A stretch of 64,000 bases of DNA from Thermoanaerobaculia bacterium (GCA_963719225.1 CAVRAY010000002.1:544001-608000); one strand, 5' to 3'; numbered from the stretch's first letter, positions 46,995 to 57,792 are shown. The notes: generated by a model not told the origin, from the letters alone. Numbers and translations are program-made.

Positions 46995-47271
46995 CGGTTT
47001 CGCGCGGCCGCGCTACCAGCCGCGGACGATGAGGATCGGCCCGGCCGCGAGCGACGCCGTTGCGGCCGCGAGGAGCAGACGCCGCCTCGCCGTGACGAGG
47101 CCGTCCGGCGCGTTCCGGGCGGCCTGCACGAGCGCCGCTCCGAGGCCGAGGCACCCGGCGCCGCAGGCGAGGAAAACCATGTCCGGCTGGAGAAGCGAGT
47201 CGAGGATGTCCATGCGGGCCTCCTGCGCGCTCTGACCCTTCGGATTGGAATTGGGTTCCCCGAAGGCGCCC

Positions 47272-48270
47272 TCAACGCGCCGGAACGCCACAGATGTTCG
47301 CGGCGGCGTTCGCGACGCCGGTGACGACTTGCGCCATTCGTGTGAGGTCCAGTGACTCGAGGGTGTCGGTCGGCGCGTGGTAGTTCGGGTTCCGGAGAAA
47401 CGCCGTATCGGTGACCATCACGGCGCTGGTGCCGACGGCCCAGTAGCTGCTGTGGTCCGAGGCCTCGATCCCGGCGATGACGGGCCCGCTGTAGCTGTAC
47501 GCGGGCACGGTCGAGGACCCCGAGATGCCGCGTCGCACGTCGCGTGCGAGGGCGCGATCTGCCCAACGACCGACGACGGCGATGAAATCACCGTGCGTGG
47601 GATACGCAAGCGTGAACAGCCGGCTCGGCCACGGCTGCGTCGCGGCGTAGAAGCCGATCATCTCGAGCGACACCATGCCGATCGGCGCGAGCCCGGCCTT
47701 CGTGATCGAGGAGGCGTGCACGGCACTGCCCATGTCCTCGGAGTGGTAGAAAGGCGGCTCCTCCGTCGAGTACGCGACAAGAACCAGCGGCCGCGTCAGC
47801 GGCTGACCGCCGAGAAGCCGAGCGACCTCGAGGAGCGCCGCGACCCCGCTCGCATTGTCGTCCGCGCCAGGATTCGCGTTCGTGTCGCCAAACGCGTCGT
47901 AGTGAGCGCCGATGACGAGAGCCCCGCGACCCTCCGGACCCAAACGCGCAAGGAGGTTTCGAAAAGGCTGTCCTCGGGCGAAGTACGCCTGGTCCGACAC
48001 GACCGCGCCGGCCTTCGAGAACTCGCTCCGAATGTGGACCGCGGCGGCTTCCAGGTTCCCGGGATGCCGGAAATCGCGCGGAGATGCCTCCTGCGTCAGG
48101 AATGCGATGTCGCTCCGGAGGCGAGATTCGTCCGCGCGTTTCTCGAGAACGCGCGGGGCAGCCGTGAATGCCGGTTGCCTCACCACGAGAACCCCGGTGA
48201 ACGTGAATCCGAGGAGCGCGGCCGCAGAGGTCGCCCCGATCCGCACGGCGGACCTCGTGACTCCTGCCAT
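47272..48270 (-). CDS. M28-family peptidase
   Basis: GAHYD, GADDNASG, EEPP, SDH, YH..TD. Confidence 0.9.
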   Translation of the reverse strand: MAGVTRSAVRIGATSAAALLGFTFTGVLVVRQPAFTAAPRVLEKRADESRLRSDIAFLTQEASPRDFRHPGNLEAAAVHIRSEFSKAGAVVSDQAYFARGQPFRNLLARLGPEGRGALVIGAHYDAFGDTNANPGADDNASGVAALLEVARLLGGQPLTRPLVLVAYSTEEPPFYHSEDMGSAVHASSITKAGLAPIGMVSLEMIGFYAATQPWPSRLFTLAYPTHGDFIAVVGRWADRALARDVRRGISGSSTVPAYSYSGPVIAGIEASDHSSYWAVGTSAVMVTDTAFLRNPNYHAPTDTLESLDLTRMAQVVTGVANAAANICGVPAR

Positions 48271-48397
48271 CTGAGGATGGTACGGAAGCGTGGCCTCCTC
48301 CGTCATCCCCGGAGGCACCTCGAAACAGTGCGTTTATGCGGTCACGGCGCTGCCTAAGCTGCTCCAGCGTCTCGGTTAAGAGGCGACCGCGTCTCAA

Positions 48398-48440
48398 TGT
48401 CAGAAAGGCGTTGACAGGATTCCGCGGCGGCCCCTACGCT
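48398..48440 (+). promoter_or_regulatory. promoter with inverted-repeat operator
   Basis: TTGACA-18-TACGCT; TGTCA-N9-TGACA at 48398-48416. Confidence 0.55.
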
Positions 48441-48480
48441 ACCCGCAACAAGCAGTGGACTCATCGAAGAAGGAGACGTC

Positions 48481-48816
48481 ATGGCCGACGCCGAACACGT
48501 GAGCTCCGAGATCGAGACCAGCGAAATCGAAGACGCGAGCCGCCGCGGGTTCATCCGCGCCGCCGTCACCGCGGGAGTCGCGGGCGTCGCCGGCCTCGCG
48601 ATCGGGGACGCCGTCGCGAGCGACGTGAAGCTCAATCCGGCCGCGCAGAGCGCCTTGAAGATCTCGCCGCCGCCCTCGACACCGGAAGAGCACGCGAAGG
48701 ATCAGAAGCGCCTGCAGGCCGAGGCGCTGATCAAGCAGCTCGGCGGCGACGTGCAGATCCAGTGGGTCAAGGGCAACGTCCCGAAGATCCGGCGCGTCAT
48801 CCAGATGGAAGGCTGA
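48481..48816 (+). CDS. small twin-arginine-motif protein
   Basis: SRRGFI plus hydrophobic stretch; RBS AAGGAG. Confidence 0.75.
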   Translation: MADAEHVSSEIETSEIEDASRRGFIRAAVTAGVAGVAGLAIGDAVASDVKLNPAAQSALKISPPPSTPEEHAKDQKRLQAEALIKQLGGDVQIQWVKGNVPKIRRVIQMEG

Positions 48817-49631
48817 GCGCCGCCCAGGACGCAGGCCCGGTCCCGGGGTCGGAGGGCGCGTGGACTCGAACGATCCGCGTTCCAGCCGGCACCCTGTCGA
48901 TGGGATCGACCCTCGAAGAGGTGGGGGAGTGCGTCCGGTACTGGAGCAGCCGCCTCGTGGACCCGTCGTACGAGGGGCCCTTCCGCGCCTGGATCATGAA
49001 GGAGGTTCCGCGGCATGACGTGGCGATCGCGGAGCTGGTGGCGTCGGAGTACCCGGTGACGAACGCCGAGTACCGGCTCTTCACCCTCGCGACGGGCCGC
49101 GTTCTGCCGGAGTCGCTCGCGGAAGGCCGGCCGGATTCGCATCCCGTGTGGGGCGTCGGCCTGGAAGGCGCCGAGGCGTACGCACGCTGGCGCGCCGCTC
49201 GCGACGGCGTGCCCTGGCGCCTTCCGACGGAAGCCGAATGGGAGTGGATGGCCGCGGGGCCCGAGCGCCGGCGCTACCCGTTCGGAAACGCGTTCGACCC
49301 AGCGCGCTGCAATACGGTCGAGCGCGGGATCGGCGCGACGAACCCGGTCGACGCGCACCCGGAGGGAGCTTCGTGGTGCGGCGCCCGGGAGCTCGCGGGC
49401 AACGTCGAGGAATGGACGAGCAGCCGGTATGCGCCGTATCCCGGCGGGGAGTTCGTCGAGGACGAGCTCACACGCCTCGCGGGCGCCGACTACCCGATCG
49501 TGCGCGGCGGCTGCTTTGCCCTCGGGGGCGACCTCGCGCGCTCGTCCCGCCGCCACGGCCCGCACCCGGGCGCCCGCTTCCGCTACATCGGGTTCCGACT
49601 CGTCGCGGACGCTCGCGGGGCGCCGGCGTGA
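48813..49631 (+). CDS. FGE-sulfatase/SUMF1-domain protein
   Basis: PVTNAEY, HPVWGV, RLPTEAEWE, GNVEEW, GFRLV; start CTG or ATG 48900. Confidence 0.88.
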   Translation: MSAAQDAGPVPGSEGAWTRTIRVPAGTLSMGSTLEEVGECVRYWSSRLVDPSYEGPFRAWIMKEVPRHDVAIAELVASEYPVTNAEYRLFTLATGRVLPESLAEGRPDSHPVWGVGLEGAEAYARWRAARDGVPWRLPTEAEWEWMAAGPERRRYPFGNAFDPARCNTVERGIGATNPVDAHPEGASWCGARELAGNVEEWTSSRYAPYPGGEFVEDELTRLAGADYPIVRGGCFALGGDLARSSRRHGPHPGARFRYIGFRLVADARGAPA

Positions 49632-51313
49632 TCGAGCACCGGTCTCCGATCAGCGGCATCGCGGCCGGGCCGGGTGGAAGAGTCGCGACGGCCGGGTACG
49701 ACAACCTCGTCATCCTGTGGGAGGGCCGCCGCGCTCTCGCGCGCGCCGCGCACGACCACCTCGCGAACCAGTGCGCCTTCGACGCGACCGGCCGCTTCCT
49801 CGTGAGCGCGAGCAGCGACTACACGGCGCGCGTGTGGAGCGTGCCGGAACTCAGGCTTCTCGCCGTCCTCGGAGACCACGAGGACGATGTCGAGATGGCG
49901 GTCTTCGACCCCTCCGGGACGCGCGTCGCGACGGCCTCGCGCGACCACCGCGTCCGCGTCTTCACGAGGGACGGGACGCTCCTCCGGCGTCTCGAGGGGC
50001 ACGCGGCCGACGTGATCTCCGTGGCGTGGGACGCGGCGGGCGACGTCGTCGTCTCGAGCAGCGACGACGGGACCGTGCGGTACTGGGACGCGGGAGCGGG
50101 CACGCTTCGGAAGACCGTCGCCCTCGGGGCCGAGACGGACACGGTCGTCGTCGGGGAGGACGGCACGCTCTTCGCAGGCGACGACCGCGGCGACATCGTC
50201 GTCATCACCCCGGCCGCGACGCGCCGCGTGAAGGCGCACGCGGCGGGCGTCAAGCGCCTCGCCGTCGACCGCGGCGGCAGGACGCTCGCCTCGAGCAGCT
50301 ACGACCGGACGCTTCGGACGTGGCGGATCACGCGCGGCGCTCTCGAGCCCGCGTTCACGACGACCCTGCCGGAGGCCGCGTGGGCGCGCAGCGTGACGTT
50401 CGCGGACGACGGCCGTGTCCTCGTCGGGACGTTCGGGACGACCTTCGCGGTCCTCGACCCCTCGAGTGGGGCGTGGGACCTCGACGGCGTGCGCGCCACG
50501 CCGGGGCTGAACTCCTTGCACGGGGCCGGCGGCTGCGTGTTCGCGGTGGGCGACGCCGGGCGCGTCTTCCGCAACGGCGCCGAGCTCGCGCGTCTCGGCA
50601 GCCCGTGCAACTTCGTGACGACGTGGCGCGGCCGCGTGCTCGCGGGCGGGCACCTCGGCGCGCTGTTCGACTGCGAGACGGGCGAGGTCCTGCACCGGCA
50701 CCTCTCGCCGCTGAACTGCGCGGCGGCTCTCGCCGACGGAGACCTCCTCGTCGGAACGTACACGGGCGAGGGCCTCCGGCTGAGGGAGGACGGCGACGCG
50801 CTCCGGCTCGTCGAGACGCGGCGCCTGCACGAGCAGGCCGTCAAGGGCGTCGCGGCCTCCGGGGACCGCGTTTTCAGCGTGAGCGCCGCCGGGGACGCCG
50901 GGCTTCACACGTTCGGGGAAGCCGCGGAGTCGAGGCGAATGCCGGCCGCCCACGACAAGATTGCGAACGCCGTCTGCGCTCTCCGGGACGGTCGCTTCGC
51001 GTCCGTGAGCCGCGACCGGAATCTGCGCCTGTGGACGGGGGAGCGCGCCGAGGTCGTTCCGACGCCGCACGCGCACTCGGTCAAGTGCGTCGCGGCGACG
51101 TCGGACGGACGTCACGTGGCGACGGGCGCCTACGACGGCACCGTGGCGCTCTTCGACCTCGAGACGGCGGCGTGGGGGCCTCTCGCGCGACCGACGTGCG
51201 CGGGCATCTCGTCTCTCTGCGCGGCGCCCGGGAAGGACGCCGTGCTCGCGGGCGCGTTCGACGGGAGCGTCCACCGCGTCGACGCGGCGGGCCGGACGGA
51301 GACCTGGCCATGA
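49628..51313 (+). CDS. WD40-repeat protein
   Basis: ATAGYDN, SASSDYTARVW, GH..DV...W, SSDDGTVRYWD. Confidence 0.9.
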   Translation: MIEHRSPISGIAAGPGGRVATAGYDNLVILWEGRRALARAAHDHLANQCAFDATGRFLVSASSDYTARVWSVPELRLLAVLGDHEDDVEMAVFDPSGTRVATASRDHRVRVFTRDGTLLRRLEGHAADVISVAWDAAGDVVVSSSDDGTVRYWDAGAGTLRKTVALGAETDTVVVGEDGTLFAGDDRGDIVVITPAATRRVKAHAAGVKRLAVDRGGRTLASSSYDRTLRTWRITRGALEPAFTTTLPEAAWARSVTFADDGRVLVGTFGTTFAVLDPSSGAWDLDGVRATPGLNSLHGAGGCVFAVGDAGRVFRNGAELARLGSPCNFVTTWRGRVLAGGHLGALFDCETGEVLHRHLSPLNCAAALADGDLLVGTYTGEGLRLREDGDALRLVETRRLHEQAVKGVAASGDRVFSVSAAGDAGLHTFGEAAESRRMPAAHDKIANAVCALRDGRFASVSRDRNLRLWTGERAEVVPTPHAHSVKCVAATSDGRHVATGAYDGTVALFDLETAAWGPLARPTCAGISSLCAAPGKDAVLAGAFDGSVHRVDAAGRTETWP

Positions 51314-53160
51314 ACATGCAGAACCGCCTCCTGCGCGTCGTCTACTCCCGGACGCACGACGTCCTCATCGGCTCGGACGTAAAGGGCCGCGTGCACAAGT
51401 TCGATCCGGACCTCAACCTCCTGCAGTCCTCGCCCGTCCCGACGTACGACAGGCCCGTGAACGCGATCTGCCTGACGGAGAAGTACGTCTTCACGAAGGA
51501 CCGCTTCGGCGCCATCGGCAAGTGGGACCTCGAGACGCTCCTCCCGCTCGACTTCTGGGACGGGAGGCTCGTCTGCGACCGGGCGGGGCTCCTCGAGGAC
51601 GAGGAGCCGTCGCCGTCGCCGAACCGCGCGATCGCGTACCTCAACGGCCGCCTCTACACTCCGAACGCGTACAACCAGTTCGTCGTCCTCGACGCCGAGA
51701 CGTTCGAGATCCTCGACATCCGGCCGTCGCCATCGAAGACATACGTGGACTGCATCTGCGTCGACGCGCCGGACGTGCAGGCGGTCTCGGACGTCGTCGG
51801 GAACCTCTTCATCGGCGATCTCGAGAAGAACGACTTTCCCGTCCAGCGCAGGGTGGACACGGGCGTCGTGCACGGCGTCGTCTGGGACCGCCGGCACGAT
51901 CGCTTCTGGACGACGCAGGACGGCGGCCTCGGCGAGGACCGGTGCGTGAGGACCGGCGTCACGACGCTCGAGAAGGACGGTTCCCTCTTCCGCGAGTTCA
52001 AGCTCTCGCACGAGGACAACGAGTTCATCGCGGCCGAGCCCGAGGGGCGATACGTCTTCGCGGGAGGCTTCAACGGGAAGATCGGCGTCTTCGACAACAC
52101 GGAGCGGGACTTCAAGCTCGAGCGCGTGATCGGCCCGCTCGACTTCCAGATCATCTCGGCGACCGTCGCCTCGAAGGACCAAATCTACGCGCTCCTGCAG
52201 ACAGGGGACATCCTCAAGCTGGACCGCGAGGGGAGAGAGCTCGCGCGCACGCGCTTCGCGAACCGCTGCGTCTGGACCCTCGAGCCGCACCCTTCGGACG
52301 CGTCGCTGCTTTACGCGGGCACGGACGCCGGCGTCGCGCTCCTGCGCTACGGCCCGGGCCGCTTCGAGTCCGTGCGGATCGAGCAGCTCGCCCACCACGC
52401 GCTCGGCCTCGGCATCGTGAAGGACGTCCGGCCGTTCCCGGACGGCTCTTTCATCGGCGTCTCGCGCAAGGGCTGGCTCTTCAGGGCGGACCGTGACGGG
52501 CGCATCCTCTGGCAGCGCCGCGTCGCGGGCGTCCCGCGAGGCTGCGCGGCGGGTCCGGGCTGGGACCGCGCCCTCTTCTCCTCGGACGCGGGCTCCGCGT
52601 GGGAGCTCGACGCCCGAAGCGGAGAGGTCCTCGACGAGATTCCCGTCGGGAGCCCCTCCTACGCGTGCGTCTACGCGGGCGACGGGCGCCGCGTCGTGAC
52701 GGCCGACGCCGGCCAGCAGGTCCTCGTCTACGCGGCCGACTCGCACGAGATCCTCGGGGCCGTCCGCGGCTTCAAGTACCGCCTCAAGCGCATCGGGCGG
52801 CTCTCGAACGGCGAGATCTTCGTCGTCGGGCCCGACGGTTTCTTCGAGCTCGACCTCGAGGCCTACGCCGTGAGACGGTCGTACGGAGACTTCCTCGTTT
52901 CGACGAAAGAGAACGGCGTCCTGTGCGACGGGTTTCTCCACGTCGGCGGGTACGGCTACCAGGTCGGGACGTACCGGCACGAAACCGGCGAGATCGTGGA
53001 CCTCAAGGAGAACCTCCCGGACTTCACGAAGGCATTCGCGGCGCGCGTGCCCGAGGACGGCGTCCCGATCCTCCTCGTCGGCGGGCGCGGCGGCTTCGTC
53101 AACGCCTACCGCGTCGTGGGCGGCGTGCCGCAGAAGGTCCGCGAGTTCTATGTCCGCTGA
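51310..53160 (+). CDS. beta-propeller protein
   Basis: ATGA overlap; beta-rich 616-aa frame within ORF 49429-53160. Confidence 0.8.
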   Translation: MNMQNRLLRVVYSRTHDVLIGSDVKGRVHKFDPDLNLLQSSPVPTYDRPVNAICLTEKYVFTKDRFGAIGKWDLETLLPLDFWDGRLVCDRAGLLEDEEPSPSPNRAIAYLNGRLYTPNAYNQFVVLDAETFEILDIRPSPSKTYVDCICVDAPDVQAVSDVVGNLFIGDLEKNDFPVQRRVDTGVVHGVVWDRRHDRFWTTQDGGLGEDRCVRTGVTTLEKDGSLFREFKLSHEDNEFIAAEPEGRYVFAGGFNGKIGVFDNTERDFKLERVIGPLDFQIISATVASKDQIYALLQTGDILKLDREGRELARTRFANRCVWTLEPHPSDASLLYAGTDAGVALLRYGPGRFESVRIEQLAHHALGLGIVKDVRPFPDGSFIGVSRKGWLFRADRDGRILWQRRVAGVPRGCAAGPGWDRALFSSDAGSAWELDARSGEVLDEIPVGSPSYACVYAGDGRRVVTADAGQQVLVYAADSHEILGAVRGFKYRLKRIGRLSNGEIFVVGPDGFFELDLEAYAVRRSYGDFLVSTKENGVLCDGFLHVGGYGYQVGTYRHETGEIVDLKENLPDFTKAFAARVPEDGVPILLVGGRGGFVNAYRVVGGVPQKVREFYVR

Positions 53161-53181
53161 CGGGGCGCGCGAGGTGGCCGG

Positions 53182-53793
53182 GTGAGGACGTACACCGTCC
53201 TTTCGGGCAGCACGCGGACGAACAGCCAGACGGCGAAGGTCGCGCGCTGGGTCGCCGCGGAGCTCGCGAGGACCGACCCCGAGTGTGTGGTCGAGCTCCA
53301 CGACCTCTGCGAGACGGCTCTGCCCGCCTGGCGGGAGGAGTTCTGGGACGACGCGGTGCCGCCGGACGCCGGGTGGGCGAAGCTCGCGGCGTCGCTGACG
53401 CGGAGCGAGGGCCTCGTCTTCGTGACGCCGGAGTGGTGCGGCATGGCGCCTCCGGCCCTCATGAACGTCTTCCTTCTCGCGAGCCGCGGGGAGCTCGCCC
53501 ACAAACCCGCCCTCATCGTGGGCGTCTCGGCGACGAACGGAGGCGCGTACCCGGTGGCCGAGCTGCGCGCGTTCGGCGGGAAGAACACGCAAGTCGTCTA
53601 CATTCCGGACCACGTCGTCGTGCGGCGCGCGGCCCGCGTCCTGAACGGACCAGAGCCCGCGAACGACGACGACGCGGCCCTGCGCGAACGCATCGCCTAC
53701 AGCCTGAGGATCCTGTGCGTCTACGCGCAGGCCTTCACGCTGATCCGGGGGAGCGGCGTGATCGACCTCGAGACCTATCCGTATGGGATGTGA
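53182..53793 (+). CDS. NADPH-dependent FMN reductase
   Basis: SGSTRTNSQT, FVTPEW.G...ALMN, HKPALIV. Confidence 0.88.
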   Translation: MRTYTVLSGSTRTNSQTAKVARWVAAELARTDPECVVELHDLCETALPAWREEFWDDAVPPDAGWAKLAASLTRSEGLVFVTPEWCGMAPPALMNVFLLASRGELAHKPALIVGVSATNGGAYPVAELRAFGGKNTQVVYIPDHVVVRRAARVLNGPEPANDDDAALRERIAYSLRILCVYAQAFTLIRGSGVIDLETYPYGM

Positions 53794-53794
53794 G

Positions 53795-54418
53795 ATGGAG
53801 GCCGATCCCGGCCGGTACGTCGGGATCCTCCGGGACGCGTTCCGGAAACACTACGTGGAGAGCTCGGACGTCTGGACGGACGACCTCGCGATGCGCGTGC
53901 TCCCGCCGATCGTGCAGGGCCGGCTCAAGCTGCCGCGGGAGACGCGCGTCCTCGACGTCGGCTGCGGCGCCGGGCGCGACGTCGCGTACTTCGCCGAGGT
54001 GTTCGACACCGTCGTCGGTCTCGACATCCACCCGCACCCGGGCTGGGAGGACGTTCGGCGAGCGGCGCCGAACGTCCGCTTCGTCTGCGAGGGCCTGCTC
54101 GAGCACGACGGGGCGTACGACCTCGTCGTCGACAACGGGTGCTTCCACCATCAGCACCCGGACCACGCCCGGCCGTACCTCGAGCGCGTCGCACGGCTCG
54201 CCGCGGGCGGCGGGTTCTACGTCCTCTCGACGTTCAAGAACGACGCGCTCGCCTCGCGCGTCGACGCGAACGGCCGGCTTCACCGGTACTTCTCGGACGC
54301 GGAGCTGCACGGCGCGCTGGAAGCCCCGGGCTTCACCGTGTTCGACGAGCTGGACGTCTGGCGAAACCGCCACCGCGACTATTACCGGCTCACGTTCTGC
54401 AAGACCAAGGGGGCTTGA
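53795..54418 (+). CDS. class I SAM-dependent methyltransferase
   Basis: VLDVGCGAGR, DNGCFHH. Confidence 0.9.
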   Translation: MEADPGRYVGILRDAFRKHYVESSDVWTDDLAMRVLPPIVQGRLKLPRETRVLDVGCGAGRDVAYFAEVFDTVVGLDIHPHPGWEDVRRAAPNVRFVCEGLLEHDGAYDLVVDNGCFHHQHPDHARPYLERVARLAAGGGFYVLSTFKNDALASRVDANGRLHRYFSDAELHGALEAPGFTVFDELDVWRNRHRDYYRLTFCKTKGA

Positions 54419-54451
54419 GCCGCGCCGGGCGGCCTTTCCGGGAAAAGGGGG

Positions 54452-54592
54452 TATACTCTTCCGCGTTCGCCCTCCCTCCCATTGACGGAGCGGACCGAGA
54501 ACCGAAAGGTCCCCGTCGACCTCAACCGATACCTCCCCACCATCTTTCAATCGCGCGCGTCCATTCGGCCGTGCGTTTCCTTAAGGAACCCC
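54452..54592 (+). promoter_or_regulatory. -10 box and conserved 5' leader of second RRM gene
   Basis: TATACT; leader matches 39325-39428. Confidence 0.6.
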
Positions 54593-54883
<291 letters not shown>

Positions 54884-54912
54884 CGCGTCACGACTCAACC
54901 CGTCTTCTGTTC

Positions 54913-54945
54913 GGCGCCGGTGCGGAAACGCCCCGGCGCCTTTTT
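54913..54945 (+). terminator. intrinsic terminator
   Basis: GGCGCCGG...CCGGCGCC-TTTTT, nearly identical to 39737. Confidence 0.85.
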
Positions 54946-55912
54946 CTTCACGCTCCGGCGTGGCGCGTTCGACCCCGCGCGCGCCGCGCGAGCCCGCTCT
55001 CGCAGTAGGCTCGCCTCCATCCGGAAGCGCCTCGCTCTCGCCGCGCTCCTCGTCGCGCCGTTTCTTTCGGCGGCCGAGCCGACGCGTCTCGTCTTCGAGC
55101 CGCAGCCCGGTCTGCCGCCTTCGGCGAACCGGCTCGCTCCGGGGCCGCGGCCGTGGGTCGCGGGCGTGATGGATCTCGTGGGCCTCGACTCGCCGGGGCC
55201 GGACGTCCACGTCCTCGTCGCGCCGGAGTCCTCGCCGCTCGCCCGCAACGTGCCGGCGTGGGTCACGGGGTACACGGACGGCGTCTCGAACGTCGTCGTC
55301 GTCCTCGCCGAGCGCACGCCGTCGTATCCGGACGGCGGCCTCGAGGAGGTGCTCGCGCACGAGGTCGCGCACGTCCTCATCCACCGCGCGAGCGGCGGGA
55401 GGCCCCTCCCGCGCTGGTTCGACGAGGGCCTCGCGATGCTCGCGGCGCGCTCGTGGCGCCTGCGCGACCAGACCGAGCTCGCGCTCGGCCTCCTGTGGGG
55501 CCCGCGCGTGCCGCTCTGGAAGCTCGACGACCTCTTCCGGGGAGACCGCCGGGAAGTCGAACGCGGCTACGCGCTCGCGGGCACGCTCGTCCAGGACCTC
55601 ATCGAGCGCGACGGCCCGGCGATGCCGCGGATCGTGCTCGCGCGCGTCGCGCGCGGGGACACGTTCGACGAGGCGTTCCGCGGGGCGACGGGCGCGTCCC
55701 TGATCGACGTGGGCGAGGCGTTCTGGGAACGGCAGGCGACGCTGAAACGCTGGCTGCCCGTCCTGACGAGCACGGCGGCGCTGTGGTTCGGGATCTCGAT
55801 CCTCGCGATTCTCGCCGCGTTCCGCAGGCGGCGGAAACGGGTGGCGCTCGCGGACGCGTTGGACGAGCCGGCCGCGGCGGACCTCGAGCCGCCGGACGAG
55901 ACGGTGAACTGA
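54920..55912 (+). CDS. MA-clan zinc metallopeptidase-like membrane protein (start uncertain)
   Basis: AHEVAH...PRWFDEGLA; C-terminal TM. Confidence 0.82.
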   Translation: MRKRPGAFFFTLRRGAFDPARAARARSRSRLASIRKRLALAALLVAPFLSAAEPTRLVFEPQPGLPPSANRLAPGPRPWVAGVMDLVGLDSPGPDVHVLVAPESSPLARNVPAWVTGYTDGVSNVVVVLAERTPSYPDGGLEEVLAHEVAHVLIHRASGGRPLPRWFDEGLAMLAARSWRLRDQTELALGLLWGPRVPLWKLDDLFRGDRREVERGYALAGTLVQDLIERDGPAMPRIVLARVARGDTFDEAFRGATGASLIDVGEAFWERQATLKRWLPVLTSTAALWFGISILAILAAFRRRRKRVALADALDEPAAADLEPPDETVN

Positions 55913-55953
55913 AACCTCCCGCTCCGCTCGGCGCGGCCTCTAGACTGCGCCGC

Positions 55954-56595
55954 GTGGACACTTCGCCCGATCGCGTGGCGGACCTCGTTGCCCTCGTCGG
56001 GCCGATCGACATCTACCTCTTCGATCAGATCCAGCGCGGCAGGGTCCCGGCCGGCAGCGTCGTTTTCGACGCGGGCTGCGGCACGGGGCGGAACCTCGTC
56101 TTCTTCCTGCGCGCGGGCTTCGACGTTCGCGCGGTAGACCCCGATCCCGAGGCGATCCACGCCGTCCGCGCGCTCGCCGCTGCGCTCGCGCCCCGGCTCC
56201 CCGCGGACCACTTCCGGGCCGAGCCGCTCGAGGCCCATGGCTTTCCGGACGCGTCCGCGGATTTCGTGATCGCGAGCGCCGTCCTTCACTTCGCCCGCGA
56301 CGAGGCGCACTTCCGCGCGATGCTCGGTGGCTGCTGGCGGGTCCTCAGACCCGGCGGCGTCTTTTTCGCCCGGCTGGCCTCGACGATCGGGATGGAGGGG
56401 CGCTTCACGCCGCTCGGAAGCGGCCGTTTCGCGCTCCCCGACGGAAGCGAGCGATTTCTCGTCGACGGGGGGACGCTGACGGCGCTCACCGCGGAGCTCG
56501 GCGGCGCGCTCCTCGACCCGCTGAAGACGACCGTCGTGACGGATCGCCGTTGCATGACGACGTGGGTCGTGCGCCGGAACCGAACCTTTCCCTGA
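55954..56595 (+). CDS. class I SAM-dependent methyltransferase
   Basis: FDAGCGTGRN, SAVLHFA, VLRPGG. Confidence 0.88.
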   Translation: MDTSPDRVADLVALVGPIDIYLFDQIQRGRVPAGSVVFDAGCGTGRNLVFFLRAGFDVRAVDPDPEAIHAVRALAAALAPRLPADHFRAEPLEAHGFPDASADFVIASAVLHFARDEAHFRAMLGGCWRVLRPGGVFFARLASTIGMEGRFTPLGSGRFALPDGSERFLVDGGTLTALTAELGGALLDPLKTTVVTDRRCMTTWVVRRNRTFP

Positions 56596-56731
56596 TCGGG
56601 GCGACGCGGTCCTCTTCATGCCGCACGGGCGCCACGGGACGTACACCGTCACCGGCGCGAAGTACTGAGGCTCGGACGGACCGGTCGCGGCGCGGGTCCG
56701 GGGCATAGACTCGCGTTCCAGGAGGCCGGCC

Positions 56732-57160
56732 ATGCCCTACCGGCTGATCTACTCCTCCGAGGCCGCGCCCGGTCTCGCACCCCCCGAGCTCGAAACGATG
56801 CTCGCCGAGTCGCGGATCCGCAATTCGGCGCACGGGATCACGGGCGTGCTCATCTTCGTGGACGGCGCCTTCCTGCAGATCCTCGAGGGGGAGAAGGCGG
56901 ACGTGCTCGACCTCATGGAGCGGATCGAGAAGGACCCGAGACACAGCGGGATCAAGGTGTTCTACGAACAGGAAGTCGACACCCGCGCCTTCGCCTCGTG
57001 GAGCATGGCCTACCTCAGCCCGCGCAGGGAGGACGTCGCGAAATGGGCGGAGCTCGAGGGAGCGACGACGATCGGGGACGTCCTCGCATCTCTGGGATCC
57101 AGCCCCGGGCGTCTCCCCGGGATGGTCCTGAACATCCTCACCGTGCTCGCCCGCGGGTAG
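56732..57160 (+). CDS. BLUF blue-light sensor protein
   Basis: LIYSS, RNSAHGITGVL, FLQILEG, DPRH, WSM. Confidence 0.93.
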   Translation: MPYRLIYSSEAAPGLAPPELETMLAESRIRNSAHGITGVLIFVDGAFLQILEGEKADVLDLMERIEKDPRHSGIKVFYEQEVDTRAFASWSMAYLSPRREDVAKWAELEGATTIGDVLASLGSSPGRLPGMVLNILTVLARG

Positions 57161-57208
57161 TCCCGGGTCCGGTGCCGATTTCGATCCCGGACCAGATCGA
57201 GCGCGTTC

Positions 57209-57763
57209 CTACTTCATCCCATGGACGATGACGTCGGAAACATCCGAGATCTTCCTGAGCAGGTTCGAGAGCGTCGCGATGAGCTTGCTCATGCGGTCCA
57301 TCGCCATCTGGAGACGCAGCGATTCCATCTCACCCATTCCCGACATGGAATCGATGTCCTTCGTGACGATGATGGCTGCCCGGTAGAGGAGGAGAAAGTC
57401 GAGGGCTTCGGACGTGCCGTGGACCCTCACGTGCGACCAACGGGACCGGACGGCCGCTTCGGCGAGAGCTTCGGGCTCAACGGGCCCCTTCGCGATACCG
57501 GGCGCGGCCTGGCTCACCCAATCCCGGACGGCGGGAGACGCGGCGTTCCAGAGGCGGTCGCCGCGGGCTTTGACGTCGGCCGGAAACGGGGGAGCCTTCG
57601 GGCGCACCTTGACGACGCGTGCTTTGACCGGCGCTCTCGCCGTCGCTCGAGTCGCGGTGTCGCCCGCTCGAGCGATGGGGGCGCCGAGGACGAGGAGAAG
57701 GACGGCCGCGACGGGCCAGGCGCGAGGCCCGAGGCGGCATTTGAGCACGTGGGAGTCTGGCAT
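57209..57763 (-). CDS. secreted hypothetical protein with conserved helical C-terminus
   Basis: Signal peptide; EMESLRLQMAMDRMSKLIATLSNLLRKISD. Confidence 0.7.
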   Translation of the reverse strand: MPDSHVLKCRLGPRAWPVAAVLLLVLGAPIARAGDTATRATARAPVKARVVKVRPKAPPFPADVKARGDRLWNAASPAVRDWVSQAAPGIAKGPVEPEALAEAAVRSRWSHVRVHGTSEALDFLLLYRAAIIVTKDIDSMSGMGEMESLRLQMAMDRMSKLIATLSNLLRKISDVSDVIVHGMK

Positions 57764-57792
57764 TTGCGAACTCCGGTCGGGTTGGCGAATCG

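Noticed and set aside
47013-47291. Small hydrophobic ORF after the M28 peptidase
   Set aside because: Plausible small membrane protein but no motif or independent support
25031-53160. Very long alternative ORFs (25889-29158, 31422-34583, 43635-46964, and the N-terminal parts of 25031 and 49429)
   Set aside because: Arg/Gly/Pro-rich shadow frames typical of high-GC DNA, overlapping well-supported genes
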